Shown here piece after piece: positions 1 to 8,054 of a DNA stretch of 64,000 nt. A program made the translations under genes and the position numbers. The notes beneath the pieces were generated by a model. That model was not told where the DNA came from. It searched no databases and worked only from the letters and a program-made list of their open reading frames with translations. Origin of the DNA: an uncultured Actinomycetota bacterium (GTDB lineage Bacteria; Actinomycetota; Actinomycetes; Propionibacteriales; Nocardioidaceae). The stretch covers positions 238,375 through 302,374 of the forward strand of contig CAWABG010000001.1 of NCBI GenBank assembly GCA_963780245.1. The letters are read 5' to 3'. Each line of letters begins with the position of its first letter. Position 1 is the stretch's first letter.

Positions 1-1
1 C

Positions 2-133
2 CACAACGTCGCCGAGGTCCGCCGTTACGCCGCGCCGCTCGACGAGCTGGCCCGGCGGACCCGGAAGCTCCTCGAATGCTCCGGGCAGTCCTGCGGCACC
101 CACTTCGGTCCGCTGCCCGCGCCGCGCAGGTAG
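2..133 (+). CDS. 3' end of upstream gene (partial), possibly a sulfatase-family C-terminus
   Basis: Open frame from the window edge, HNVAEVRRYAAPLDELARRTRKLLECSGQSCGTHFGPLPAPRR, ending at TAG 131-133. The CxGxxC tail resembles actinobacterial sulfatase C-termini (weak recall). Confidence 0.4.
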   Translation, partial: HNVAEVRRYAAPLDELARRTRKLLECSGQSCGTHFGPLPAPRR

Positions 134-154
134 ACCGCGCGATAGCGTCCCCGC

Positions 155-994
155 ATGATCCCCGTCGCCGACGGCAGGCCGGTCGTGATGGGCGTCGTCA
201 ACGTCACCCCTGACTCGTTCTCCGACGGTGGGTTGTATGCCGACACCGCAACGGCCATCACCCACGCGCGTCGGCTGCTCTCGGACGGGGCCGACGTCCT
301 GGACATCGGCGGTGAGTCGACGCGACCGGGCGCGACCCGGCCTCTGGTCTCGGAGGAGCTCGACCGGGTCGTGCCCGTGATCTCGGCGCTCGCTTCCGAC
401 GGCGCGATCGTGTCGGTGGACACGATGCGGGCCGAGGTCGCCGAAGCGGCGCTCGCGGCGGGCGCCAGCGTGGTCAACGATGTCTCCGGTGGGCTGGCCG
501 ATCCCCGGATCCTCGAGGTCGTGGCCGGGTCCGACGCGACGTACGTCGCCATGCACTGGCGCGCCCATAGCGACCGGATGCAGGACCTCGCGGTCTACGA
601 CGAGCCTGGCGGCGTGGTTGCGGCCGTACGACGCGAGCTCGGCCGGCGGGTCGACGCGATCCGCGCCGCGGGGATCCCTGACGACCGCATCGTCCTGGAC
701 CCCGGCCTCGGCTTCGCCAAGCGGGGCGAGCACAACTGGGCGCTGCTGCGCGGTTTCGCGGAGCTGAGCTCGCTGGGCTTTCCGCTGCTCATGGGAGCGA
801 GCCGGAAGTCGTTCCTCGGTGCCCTGCTCGCGAGTCCTGACGGCGCCCCGCGGCCGGTGGACGAGCGGGAGGAGGCCGGGCACGCGATTACCGTGCTGCT
901 CGCCCGGCAGGGCGTCTGGGGGGTCCGGGTGCACGACGTCCGGGGCACGCGTGATGTGCTGCAGGTTCTCGAGCGGATGGAGGTGCAGGAGTGA
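155..994 (+). CDS. folP: dihydropteroate synthase
   Basis: Motifs MGVVNVTPDSFSDGG, DIGGESTRPGA, LDPGLGFAK, SRKSFLG, VRVHDV; -10 TAGCGT 6 nt before ATG (leaderless). Confidence 0.97.
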   Translation: MIPVADGRPVVMGVVNVTPDSFSDGGLYADTATAITHARRLLSDGADVLDIGGESTRPGATRPLVSEELDRVVPVISALASDGAIVSVDTMRAEVAEAALAAGASVVNDVSGGLADPRILEVVAGSDATYVAMHWRAHSDRMQDLAVYDEPGGVVAAVRRELGRRVDAIRAAGIPDDRIVLDPGLGFAKRGEHNWALLRGFAELSSLGFPLLMGASRKSFLGALLASPDGAPRPVDEREEAGHAITVLLARQGVWGVRVHDVRGTRDVLQVLERMEVQE

Positions 995-1362
995 CGGACG
1001 AGCTCGCGATCAGCGGCATCGAGTGCTTCGGCCACCACGGCGTCTTCGAGGCGGAGCGTCGCGACGGCCAGGTCTTCGTGATCGATCTCGCACTCGGCAT
1101 CGACTCCGCGCTCGCGGCGGCCTCCGACGACTTGCGAGACACCGCTGACTACGGAAGCCTCGTGGATCAGGTGAAAGCCGCCGTGGAGAACGATCCGGTC
1201 GACCTGATCGAGACGCTGGCCCAACGGATCACGGGTATCTGCCTTTTGGATGCCAATGTTCAATGGGCTCGGGTCACGGTTCACAAGCCGGACGCACCCA
1301 TCGACGCGAACTTCTCTGATGTCGCGTTGACGATCACCCGGAAGAGGCAGGGCAACCAGTGA
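991..1362 (+). CDS. folB: dihydroneopterin aldolase
   Basis: GHHGVFEAERRDGQVF, TADYG, LIETLA, VHKPDAPI; GTGA overlap with folP. Confidence 0.97.
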   Translation: MTDELAISGIECFGHHGVFEAERRDGQVFVIDLALGIDSALAAASDDLRDTADYGSLVDQVKAAVENDPVDLIETLAQRITGICLLDANVQWARVTVHKPDAPIDANFSDVALTITRKRQGNQ

Positions 1363-1928
1363 CTGAGACCCCCAACCCGTACATCCCGGACGCGGACACG
1401 CTCACCGGCGACATGCGCCCGATCCGCCGCGTCGTGCTGGCGCTGGGTTCCAACCTGGGAGAGCGGATGGCCAGCCTGCAGGGCGCCGTCGACGCTATCG
1501 CGGACACGCCCGATGTGTGGGTCACGGGGGTGTCCCCGGTCTACGAGACCGAGCCGGTCGACTGCCCTGATGGCTCGAAGAACTTCCTCAATGCCGTCGT
1601 GCTGGCCGACACCACCCTCGCCGCCAACCGGCTCCTCGAGCGCGCCCTGGCCATCGAGGACGCCTTCGAACGCGAGCGCACCGACGTCGTCAACGCGCCA
1701 CGCACCCTCGATGTCGACCTGATCGTGGTCGGCGACCGGCGCAGCGACACCGACACGCTGCGGCTCCCGCACCCGCGGGCGGCCGAGCGGGCCTTCGTCC
1801 TCCGGCCGTGGCACGACCTCGAGCCGGACGCGGTGTTCCCTGGCCAGGGGCCGATCGCCGAACTGCTCGAGAAGGTCGGCGAGCAGGGCGTGGTTCGACG
1901 CGACGACCTGACCCTGGAGGCCAGCTGA
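1359..1928 (+). CDS. folK: 2-amino-4-hydroxy-6-hydroxymethyldihydropteridine diphosphokinase
   Basis: LALGSNLG, FLNAV, PRTLDVDLI, LPHPRAAERAFVLRP. Confidence 0.97.
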   Translation: MTETPNPYIPDADTLTGDMRPIRRVVLALGSNLGERMASLQGAVDAIADTPDVWVTGVSPVYETEPVDCPDGSKNFLNAVVLADTTLAANRLLERALAIEDAFERERTDVVNAPRTLDVDLIVVGDRRSDTDTLRLPHPRAAERAFVLRPWHDLEPDAVFPGQGPIAELLEKVGEQGVVRRDDLTLEAS

Positions 1929-2413
1929 CCCCGCCCGAGGGGCCGGTTGACGACGAGTCCCGGGGATCACTGCGCCCCACCTCGCCCGCCGTGCTGGCGG
2001 TCTGGGCCATCGTGGGGCTGGTCATCGGCTGGCTGGTGCATCCGCTGGCCGACCGCGCCGGCACCGCGCCGGTCGTGACCTGGGTCCAGCCGCTCGCGCT
2101 GCTGCTGGTCGCGGGCATCCTCGGCTACACGGCGTACTCCACCAACCGGCAGCTGAAGGTCCGCCGCGACCTGCTGCTGCCGCACCAGGCCGTCAACCGA
2201 CTCGTGCTGGCCCGGGCCTGCGCGTTCGTCGGGGCGCTGGTGCTCGGTGGCTACCTCGGATACGCGCTGAGCTGGATCGGCGAGGACGCGGAGCTGGCCG
2301 ACGAGCGGATCTGGCGGTCCGGCGCCGCCTCGTTCGCCGGCCTGATGATCGTGACCACCGCGCTGCTCCTCGAACGTGCGTGTCGCGTCGGTTCCGATGA
2401 CGCAGACAATTAA
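1925..2413 (+). CDS. DUF3180-family membrane protein (start uncertain, possibly CTG)
   Basis: About four hydrophobic segments, C-terminal LLLERACRV, usual position after folK; GGAGG precedes a CTGA overlap with the folK stop. Confidence 0.8.
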   Translation: MTPPEGPVDDESRGSLRPTSPAVLAVWAIVGLVIGWLVHPLADRAGTAPVVTWVQPLALLLVAGILGYTAYSTNRQLKVRRDLLLPHQAVNRLVLARACAFVGALVLGGYLGYALSWIGEDAELADERIWRSGAASFAGLMIVTTALLLERACRVGSDDADN

Positions 2414-2422
2414 CCTCGAGTT

Positions 2423-3010
2423 ATGTCTTCCCCCACCCGCGGGCCAGTCCGGCGCCGCCAGCGGTCCGCACGCGCGGCCGTAGCCTGCTTGCTGTTGCTG
2501 ATCGGCGTCCTCGCCGTGGTCGGCGCAGTCCTCAGCGGATCGTGGCCGCTGCTCGCCGTCGCCGCCGGTATCGGAGTCGCGTTGGGCGCCGCGGCCACCC
2601 GGATCACCTACCTCGAGGTGCTGCAGTCGCGGCGCGAGGCGGCGATCGACCGCGCCGAGCTGGCGCAGGAGTACAGCGCGCTCACGGCTGAGCGCACCGA
2701 CGAGAACGCTCTCTTCGTCGCCGACATGACGGGCAAGTTCACTCGTCACGAGGCGTCGATCGAGCGGCTCGAGAAGCGGCTCGCCGAGGCGACCGCGGAG
2801 CTGGTCGAGGCGCAGCGCGCGCTCGACGAGGCGATCGACCGGACCCGGCGGATCGAGGAGGAGAACGGCCGGCTCGCCGTCCGTCTCGAGGATGCCGAGG
2901 AGCGGGCCGCGGTGGCCATCGTCCGGCTCGCCGAGCTCGAGCAGGAACGTGACGTACTCGTCGCTGAGTGGCAGGCCGCGGACGCCAGCAAGCGCTTTCA
3001 AGCCGGATAG
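2423..3010 (+). CDS. hypothetical membrane-anchored coiled-coil protein
   Basis: Two N-terminal hydrophobic helices followed by E/R/A/L-rich heptads; GC3-rich codons. Confidence 0.75.
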   Translation: MSSPTRGPVRRRQRSARAAVACLLLLIGVLAVVGAVLSGSWPLLAVAAGIGVALGAAATRITYLEVLQSRREAAIDRAELAQEYSALTAERTDENALFVADMTGKFTRHEASIERLEKRLAEATAELVEAQRALDEAIDRTRRIEEENGRLAVRLEDAEERAAVAIVRLAELEQERDVLVAEWQAADASKRFQAG

Positions 3011-3128
3011 TGGCACGTCTCGCGCTTCGCAGGTAACTCGCTGTTCGCCCCCTAACAGGCCGTTGCAAGGGCTGAGTAGAGGGGTGGACGACGTGTTACC
3101 TGGGGCGGAGGCGGCAGAATCGGCCAGT

Positions 3129-4214
3129 GTGATCCCCGACGAGTCCCGATTCGAGAGCGACCCCGACGAGCTCGTCGACCCACCCCCGGGCCTGCCCGAG
3201 GGCTGGGAGATCGGTACGCCGGACCCCGCCGACCGGTTCGACGTCGCCCGGCTCACCCAGCTCCTGCGGGCCCACGAGAGCCACGGTCGCGGGTGGCCGG
3301 GGTCGGGTGTGGACGACGTACTCGTCGAGGTGTCCGAGCAGGGGCTGCTGACCAGGGAGAACATCGTCGTCCGCGACGACCGGGCGGAGATCCGGGCCTG
3401 GGGCAGCGTCCACGACCGGGCCGGCGGCCGGATGCTGTTCGTGCACATCGTCGAGCGCGACCTGCCGGACGCGGTAGGCCGAGCCTGCTCGGACGTCCTG
3501 GTCGACTGGGCCGTGGGCCAGGCCAAGGCGGTGGGCGCTGCGCGCGGGCTCGACCTGCAGCAGATCGACACCGGGGCCTTCGCCGACGACGAGCGCCAGC
3601 ACCGTTGGCTGGCCGCGAGCGAGTTCGAGCGGGTGCGCACCTGGTGGCAGATGAAGCGGCCGGTGACTCCCGATGAGGCCGGACTGGTGTCCTCACCGGA
3701 CCACTGGGAGTCCGACCAGGCCACGTTCCGGCTGGTACGACGTGGCGACGACGGGATGCCCGAGGAGACCGACCTGCGCGAGGTGCACGAGGTGCTCGAG
3801 GGCGCGTTCGTCGACCACTTCAACTCCCGCGAGGAGACCTTCGAGGAGTTCCTGCACCGGCTTCGCGAGGACCCGGGGCACCGCTGGGACCACTGGTGGC
3901 TGGCCGAGATCCCCGGTGACGGCGGTGCCGTCGAACCGGTGGGCGCGCTGATCGGGACAGTGTCCGAGAGCTCCTCGGGGCCGGACGGGTCCTACGTGTC
4001 CTATCTCGGCGTGCTGGAGGCTGCGCGGGGACGGGGCGTCGCCAAGGGGCTGCTGCGCACGATCATCGCGGACGCCGCAGCCCGGGACCGCGATCGCGTC
4101 ACCCTCGAGGTGGACGCGGACTCACCCACCGGCGCCGCCGATCTTTACGTGGGCATGGGCTGGGTGACGTCGTACATCACCGAGTCGTGGCACCGCGACG
4201 TGCCCGTGGAGTAG
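3129..4214 (+). CDS. GNAT-family N-acetyltransferase (tandem GNAT)
   Basis: YVSYLGVLEAARGRGVAKGLL and LEVDADSPTGAADLYVGMGW; start inferred (GTG 3129, alternatives 3084/3093). Confidence 0.85.
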   Translation: MIPDESRFESDPDELVDPPPGLPEGWEIGTPDPADRFDVARLTQLLRAHESHGRGWPGSGVDDVLVEVSEQGLLTRENIVVRDDRAEIRAWGSVHDRAGGRMLFVHIVERDLPDAVGRACSDVLVDWAVGQAKAVGAARGLDLQQIDTGAFADDERQHRWLAASEFERVRTWWQMKRPVTPDEAGLVSSPDHWESDQATFRLVRRGDDGMPEETDLREVHEVLEGAFVDHFNSREETFEEFLHRLREDPGHRWDHWWLAEIPGDGGAVEPVGALIGTVSESSSGPDGSYVSYLGVLEAARGRGVAKGLLRTIIADAAARDRDRVTLEVDADSPTGAADLYVGMGWVTSYITESWHRDVPVE

Positions 4215-4252
4215 CTCCGGGTCGTTCAGCCGCGCGGGCTCGGGGGCCGGGA

Positions 4253-4544
4253 GGGCGGTGACGTGTGGTCGGTTGAGCGCCGTAGAAGCGACCACAGATC
4301 ACCGCTCTCGACCTCGCCGAGATCTTCCTGCACCGGACGAGGGAGCTGGCGCCCCAGTCGAGGTGTTCGTGGCAGCGGCAGGTGCCTCCATCCTCTTCTG
4401 CAGCCAGGCGCGGGTCATCGACGCGATCAAGGTCGGTGACTGGTTGGTCTCCGACCAAGACTCACCTTTCTCGCCGGCAGGGCGAAGTCGGGCGGTGAAA
4501 GACGGCCGCCTTCACTGTGGAGAACCGACCACACGTCACCGCCC
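4253..4544. mobile_element. MITE-like element: two 55-bp hairpins, perfect 22-bp terminal inverted repeats
   Basis: GGGCGGTGACGTGTGGTCGGTT (4253-4274) is the exact reverse complement of 4523-4544; each end is a hairpin unit with an 11-nt loop (left arm of the second unit is degraded); same family at 20561-20689. Confidence 0.65.
4307..4449 (+). pseudogene. frameshifted internal fragment resembling actinobacterial DUF559/AbiEi-like proteins
   Basis: LDLAEIFLHRTRELAP in one frame and VEVFVAAAGASILFCSQARVIDAIKVGDWLV in another; resembles from memory the IFLHRT...C..ARVIDAIKVGDWL segment of Nocardioides DUF559 proteins; no start or C-terminal nuclease domain. Confidence 0.5.
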
Positions 4545-4550
4545 CCGCGG

Positions 4551-5543
4551 CTACCGGGGCAGCGAGGCACGCAGCGCCTGGTGCACGCCGTTGGGCGTGA
4601 GGACGCCGACGAACTCGGCGCCCCGCTTCACCCCGACCATCGGCCGGTCGTCCCGCAGCATCACCGCGAGCGCCTCCTCCAGGGTGGCGCCGACGTCGAT
4701 CGCGGCCGCCAGGTCACCTACGGCGATCCCGTCGAGCGGCTCGAGGTGCTCGGGGTCGATCTCGGTGACCGTGAGCCGCCGCAGGCCGCGAGTGGCGCCC
4801 ACGAAGTCCTCGACGAACTCGTCCGCGGGCTTGCCGAGCAGCTCGGCGGGGGTGCCGTACTGCGCGAGCCGGCCGCCGACGGCGAACACCGCCACCCGGT
4901 CGCCCATCTTCACCGCCTCGTCGATGTCGTGGGTCACGAAGACCACGGTCTTGCCGAGCTCGCGCCGGACCCGCAGGAACTCGTCCTGGAGCCGGACCCG
5001 CACCACCGGGTCGACAGCTCCGAACGGCTCGTCCATCAACAGCACCGGCGGGTCCGCCGCGAGCGCGCGTGCGACCCCGACGCGCTGCCGCTGGCCGCCG
5101 GACAGCTGGTGCGGGTAGCGGCCGCCGTACGTCGCGGGGTCGAGACCGACCATGTCGAGCAGCTCCGAGGCGCGCTCGCGCGCGGTGGCCTTGGACTCGC
5201 CGTACAGCAGCGGCACGGTCATTACGTTGGTGAGGATCTTCTGGTGGGGGAACAGCCCCACCTGCTGGATCACGTAGCCGATGCCTCGGCGCAGCTTGAC
5301 CGGGTCCTCGGTGGTGACGTCGTGACCGTCGATCTCGATGGTGCCGGTGGTCGGTTCGATGAGCCGGTTGATCATCTTCAGCGTGGTCGACTTGCCGCAG
5401 CCCGAGGGGCCGACGAGCACCACCAGCTCCCCGGCGTTGACGTCCAGGTCGAGCGACTCGACCGCCACGGTGCCGTCCGGATACGTCTTCCCGACTCCCG
5501 CCAGACGGATCATCACCTGGCCCCCGGAACCGGTAGCGTCCAT
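4551..5543 (-). CDS. osmoprotectant (glycine betaine/proline/choline) ABC transporter ATP-binding protein
   Basis: Walker A GPSGCGKST, LSGGQRQRVG, LLMDEPFGAVDP; C-terminal CBS-like tail. Confidence 0.93.
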   Translation of the reverse strand: MDATGSGGQVMIRLAGVGKTYPDGTVAVESLDLDVNAGELVVLVGPSGCGKSTTLKMINRLIEPTTGTIEIDGHDVTTEDPVKLRRGIGYVIQQVGLFPHQKILTNVMTVPLLYGESKATARERASELLDMVGLDPATYGGRYPHQLSGGQRQRVGVARALAADPPVLLMDEPFGAVDPVVRVRLQDEFLRVRRELGKTVVFVTHDIDEAVKMGDRVAVFAVGGRLAQYGTPAELLGKPADEFVEDFVGATRGLRRLTVTEIDPEHLEPLDGIAVGDLAAAIDVGATLEEALAVMLRDDRPMVGVKRGAEFVGVLTPNGVHQALRASLPR

Positions 5544-5546
5544 GCG

Positions 5547-6269
5547 GTGACCCTACTCGTCGCGGCACTTTCGGGGGCGCCGCCGGCGTCCGACGGGCCG
5601 AGCTGCTACAGCGCGCTGGTCAACGAGTGGTGGTGTGGCCAGTACGTGCAGGACCGGCGCGACGAGATCGTCGACGCGACCGTCCAGCATCTCGGGATCA
5701 CGGTGGCTGCGGTGCTCTTCGGGATCGTCATCGCGTTCCCGCTCGCGCTGCTCGCGCGCCGGCTGCCACGGCTGGAGTCGACGATCCTCGGCATCAGCAC
5801 CGGCATCTACACGATCCCGTCACTGGCGCTGCTGCCGCTGATGGTGCCGTTCACCGGGCTGTCCGCGACCACCGTGGTGATCGGCCTCGGCCTCTACGCA
5901 CTCACGATCCTGGTCCGGGCGATGCTCGATGGCTTCCGCGCGGTGCCGGACGACGTGATCGAGTCGGCGACCGGCCTCGGCTACGGCCGGACCCGGCTGC
6001 TGCTCAAGATCGAGCTGCCGTTGGCGCTGCCGGTACTGATGGCCGGCCTGCGGGTCGCGACCGTGTCCACGGTGGCGCTGACCACGGTCGGGACGCTGGT
6101 CGCGTACGGCGGCCTCGGCAACCTGATCTCCCACGGCGTACAGCGCAACTTCCGCGCCGAGCTCGTGACCGCTGCGGTGCTGTGCGTGGTGATCGCGCTG
6201 CTGCTCGACGTGCTCCTCGTCGTCGTGCAACGGATGCTGACTCCTTGGTCCCGAGGGGTCCGGACATGA
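5547..6269 (+). CDS. osmoprotectant ABC transporter permease
   Basis: YTIPSLAL, ESATGLGY, IELPLALP, GGLGNLI; -10 TAGCGT 7 nt before GTG 5547. Confidence 0.88.
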   Translation: MTLLVAALSGAPPASDGPSCYSALVNEWWCGQYVQDRRDEIVDATVQHLGITVAAVLFGIVIAFPLALLARRLPRLESTILGISTGIYTIPSLALLPLMVPFTGLSATTVVIGLGLYALTILVRAMLDGFRAVPDDVIESATGLGYGRTRLLLKIELPLALPVLMAGLRVATVSTVALTTVGTLVAYGGLGNLISHGVQRNFRAELVTAAVLCVVIALLLDVLLVVVQRMLTPWSRGVRT

Positions 6270-7003
6270 CCCTCTTCGAGCTGATGTGGGAGTACCTCAC
6301 CACCGGGTCCAACTGGACCGGCACCGGCGGGCTGCTCGACCGGCTGGGCGAGCAACTGCTGCTCACCGTCACCGCGCTGGTGGTCGCGATGTTCGTCGCC
6401 CTGCCGATCGCGCTGTGGCTGGGTCACATCGGTCGCGGCGGGTTCCTGGCGATCAACATCTCCAACATCGGCCGGGCGATCCCGACGTTCGCGCTGCTCG
6501 CGGTCCTGGTGACGGCCGACTGGCCCGGGCCTGCCGAGCTCGGGCCCTACGGACGGGCCGGGATGGCGACCCTGATCGCGCTGGGGGCGTTCGCGCTGCC
6601 ACCGCTGATCACCAACGCCTACGTCGCGATCCGCGAGGTGCCCGAGGACATCAAGGAGGCGGCGATCGGTATGGGGATGTCGGGCGCCCAGCGGTTCTGG
6701 CGGGTGGAACTGCCGCTGGCGATGCCGTTGGTGATGTCCGGGGTCCGGCTCGCGCTGGTCCAGGTATGGGCGACGGCGACGATCGCGGCGCTGGTCGCAG
6801 GCCCGGGCGTGGGGCGGATCATCGTCGACGGGTTCGCCCGCAACCTCTACAGCCAGGGTATGGCCGCGGCGCTCGTGGTGGCGGTCGCGGCGCTGATCCT
6901 GGAGGTCTTCGCGGCGCTCCTCCAGCGCGCCGTAGACCCCGTGCCGAGGGCCAACCGGCGGAATGCGGGAGGCGCTTTGTCGGCGGCTGGTCCTACGCTG
7001 TAG
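6266..7003 (+). CDS. osmoprotectant ABC transporter permease
   Basis: GRAIPTFALL, EAAIGMGMS, VELPLAMP, ATATIAALV; ATGA overlap. Confidence 0.9.
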   Translation: MTLFELMWEYLTTGSNWTGTGGLLDRLGEQLLLTVTALVVAMFVALPIALWLGHIGRGGFLAINISNIGRAIPTFALLAVLVTADWPGPAELGPYGRAGMATLIALGAFALPPLITNAYVAIREVPEDIKEAAIGMGMSGAQRFWRVELPLAMPLVMSGVRLALVQVWATATIAALVAGPGVGRIIVDGFARNLYSQGMAAALVVAVAALILEVFAALLQRAVDPVPRANRRNAGGALSAAGPTL

Positions 7004-7074
7004 CCCACGACGGGGTCTCCCGTCGTACCGGACACGCGCGGGACCTCCCCGCGGGACACAGAAGGTAGACACCC

Positions 7075-8016
7075 ATGACCCTCCGCCGAACTCTTGCTGC
7101 CGCGCTCTCGGTGGGCGCCCTGGTGCTCACCGCCGGCTGTGGCGACGACGTCGCTGACCAGGACGCCGACAATCCCGACGCCAACGGGGGCGGAGGTGGA
7201 CCCGTCACCCTGGCCAGCCAGGCCTTCGACGAGGCTGCCCTGGTCACCGCGATGTACGCCGCGCTGCTCACCGACGCCGGCTACGACGTCGAGACCCAGC
7301 TCGTCGACACCCGTCTGGTCTACCTCAAGGAGCTCCCCGGAGACGTCGACATCGTCCCGGAGTACGTCGCCGGGCTCGGCGACCAGCTGAACATCGAGGC
7401 CAACGGCGAGGGGGCCGCGCCGATCAGCACCAGCGACCTCGACGAGACCCTGACCGCGATGCAGCCTCTGCTCGACGACAAGGGGATCACCCTCCTCGAG
7501 CCGTCCGGTGCGGCCTCGCAGAACGCCTACTTCGTCACCCAGGAGTACTCCGACTCCAACGGGGTCACCAAGCTCTCCGACCTCGAGGGTGAGTCGATCA
7601 AGCTGGCCGCCGCCCCCGACTGCACCGGCCGCGACGACTGCGAGGCCGGCCTGACCGACGTCTACGGCATCGACATCGAGCTGCTCCCCCTGGGCTACGC
7701 GTCGCCGCAGACCTACCAGGCCGTCGTCGACGGCGAGGCCGAGCTCGGCCAGACCGGCACGCTCGACGGCACCCTGGACGACCAGGGCCTGGTCCTGCTC
7801 GAGGACGACCGCGGCATCCAGCCCGCGCAGAACCTGGTGCCCGCCGTGTCGAACGAGTTCCTCGAAGAGCACCCGGACGTCGAGGAGCCGCTCAACGCCC
7901 TGATGGCCGCTCTCGACAACGCCACCCTCGGCGAGCTGATCGCCCGGGTCAGCGTGGAACGGGAAGCGGCAGAGGACGTGGCGCAGGACTTCCTCGAGGA
8001 GAAGGGCCTGCTCTGA
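7075..8016 (+). CDS. osmoprotectant ABC transporter substrate-binding lipoprotein
   Basis: Signal peptide with lipobox LTAGC; VDIVPEYV, LLEDDRGIQPAQNLVPAV (OpuAC-like). Confidence 0.92.
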   Translation: MTLRRTLAAALSVGALVLTAGCGDDVADQDADNPDANGGGGGPVTLASQAFDEAALVTAMYAALLTDAGYDVETQLVDTRLVYLKELPGDVDIVPEYVAGLGDQLNIEANGEGAAPISTSDLDETLTAMQPLLDDKGITLLEPSGAASQNAYFVTQEYSDSNGVTKLSDLEGESIKLAAAPDCTGRDDCEAGLTDVYGIDIELLPLGYASPQTYQAVVDGEAELGQTGTLDGTLDDQGLVLLEDDRGIQPAQNLVPAVSNEFLEEHPDVEEPLNALMAALDNATLGELIARVSVEREAAEDVAQDFLEEKGLL

Positions 8017-8054
8017 CCGGGAGCACCTCCCCCCACCACGTAGGCTGACCGGCC

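Noticed and set aside
3011-3128. Riboswitch or sRNA in the intergenic region before the GNAT gene
   Set aside because: Only short possible stems and no motif I can recognise; needs an Rfam scan.
7007-7026. Hairpin ACGACGGG-GTCT-CCCGTCGT as a terminator
   Set aside because: No U-tract and it lies inside an operon; more likely an ordinary mRNA-stabilising stem.
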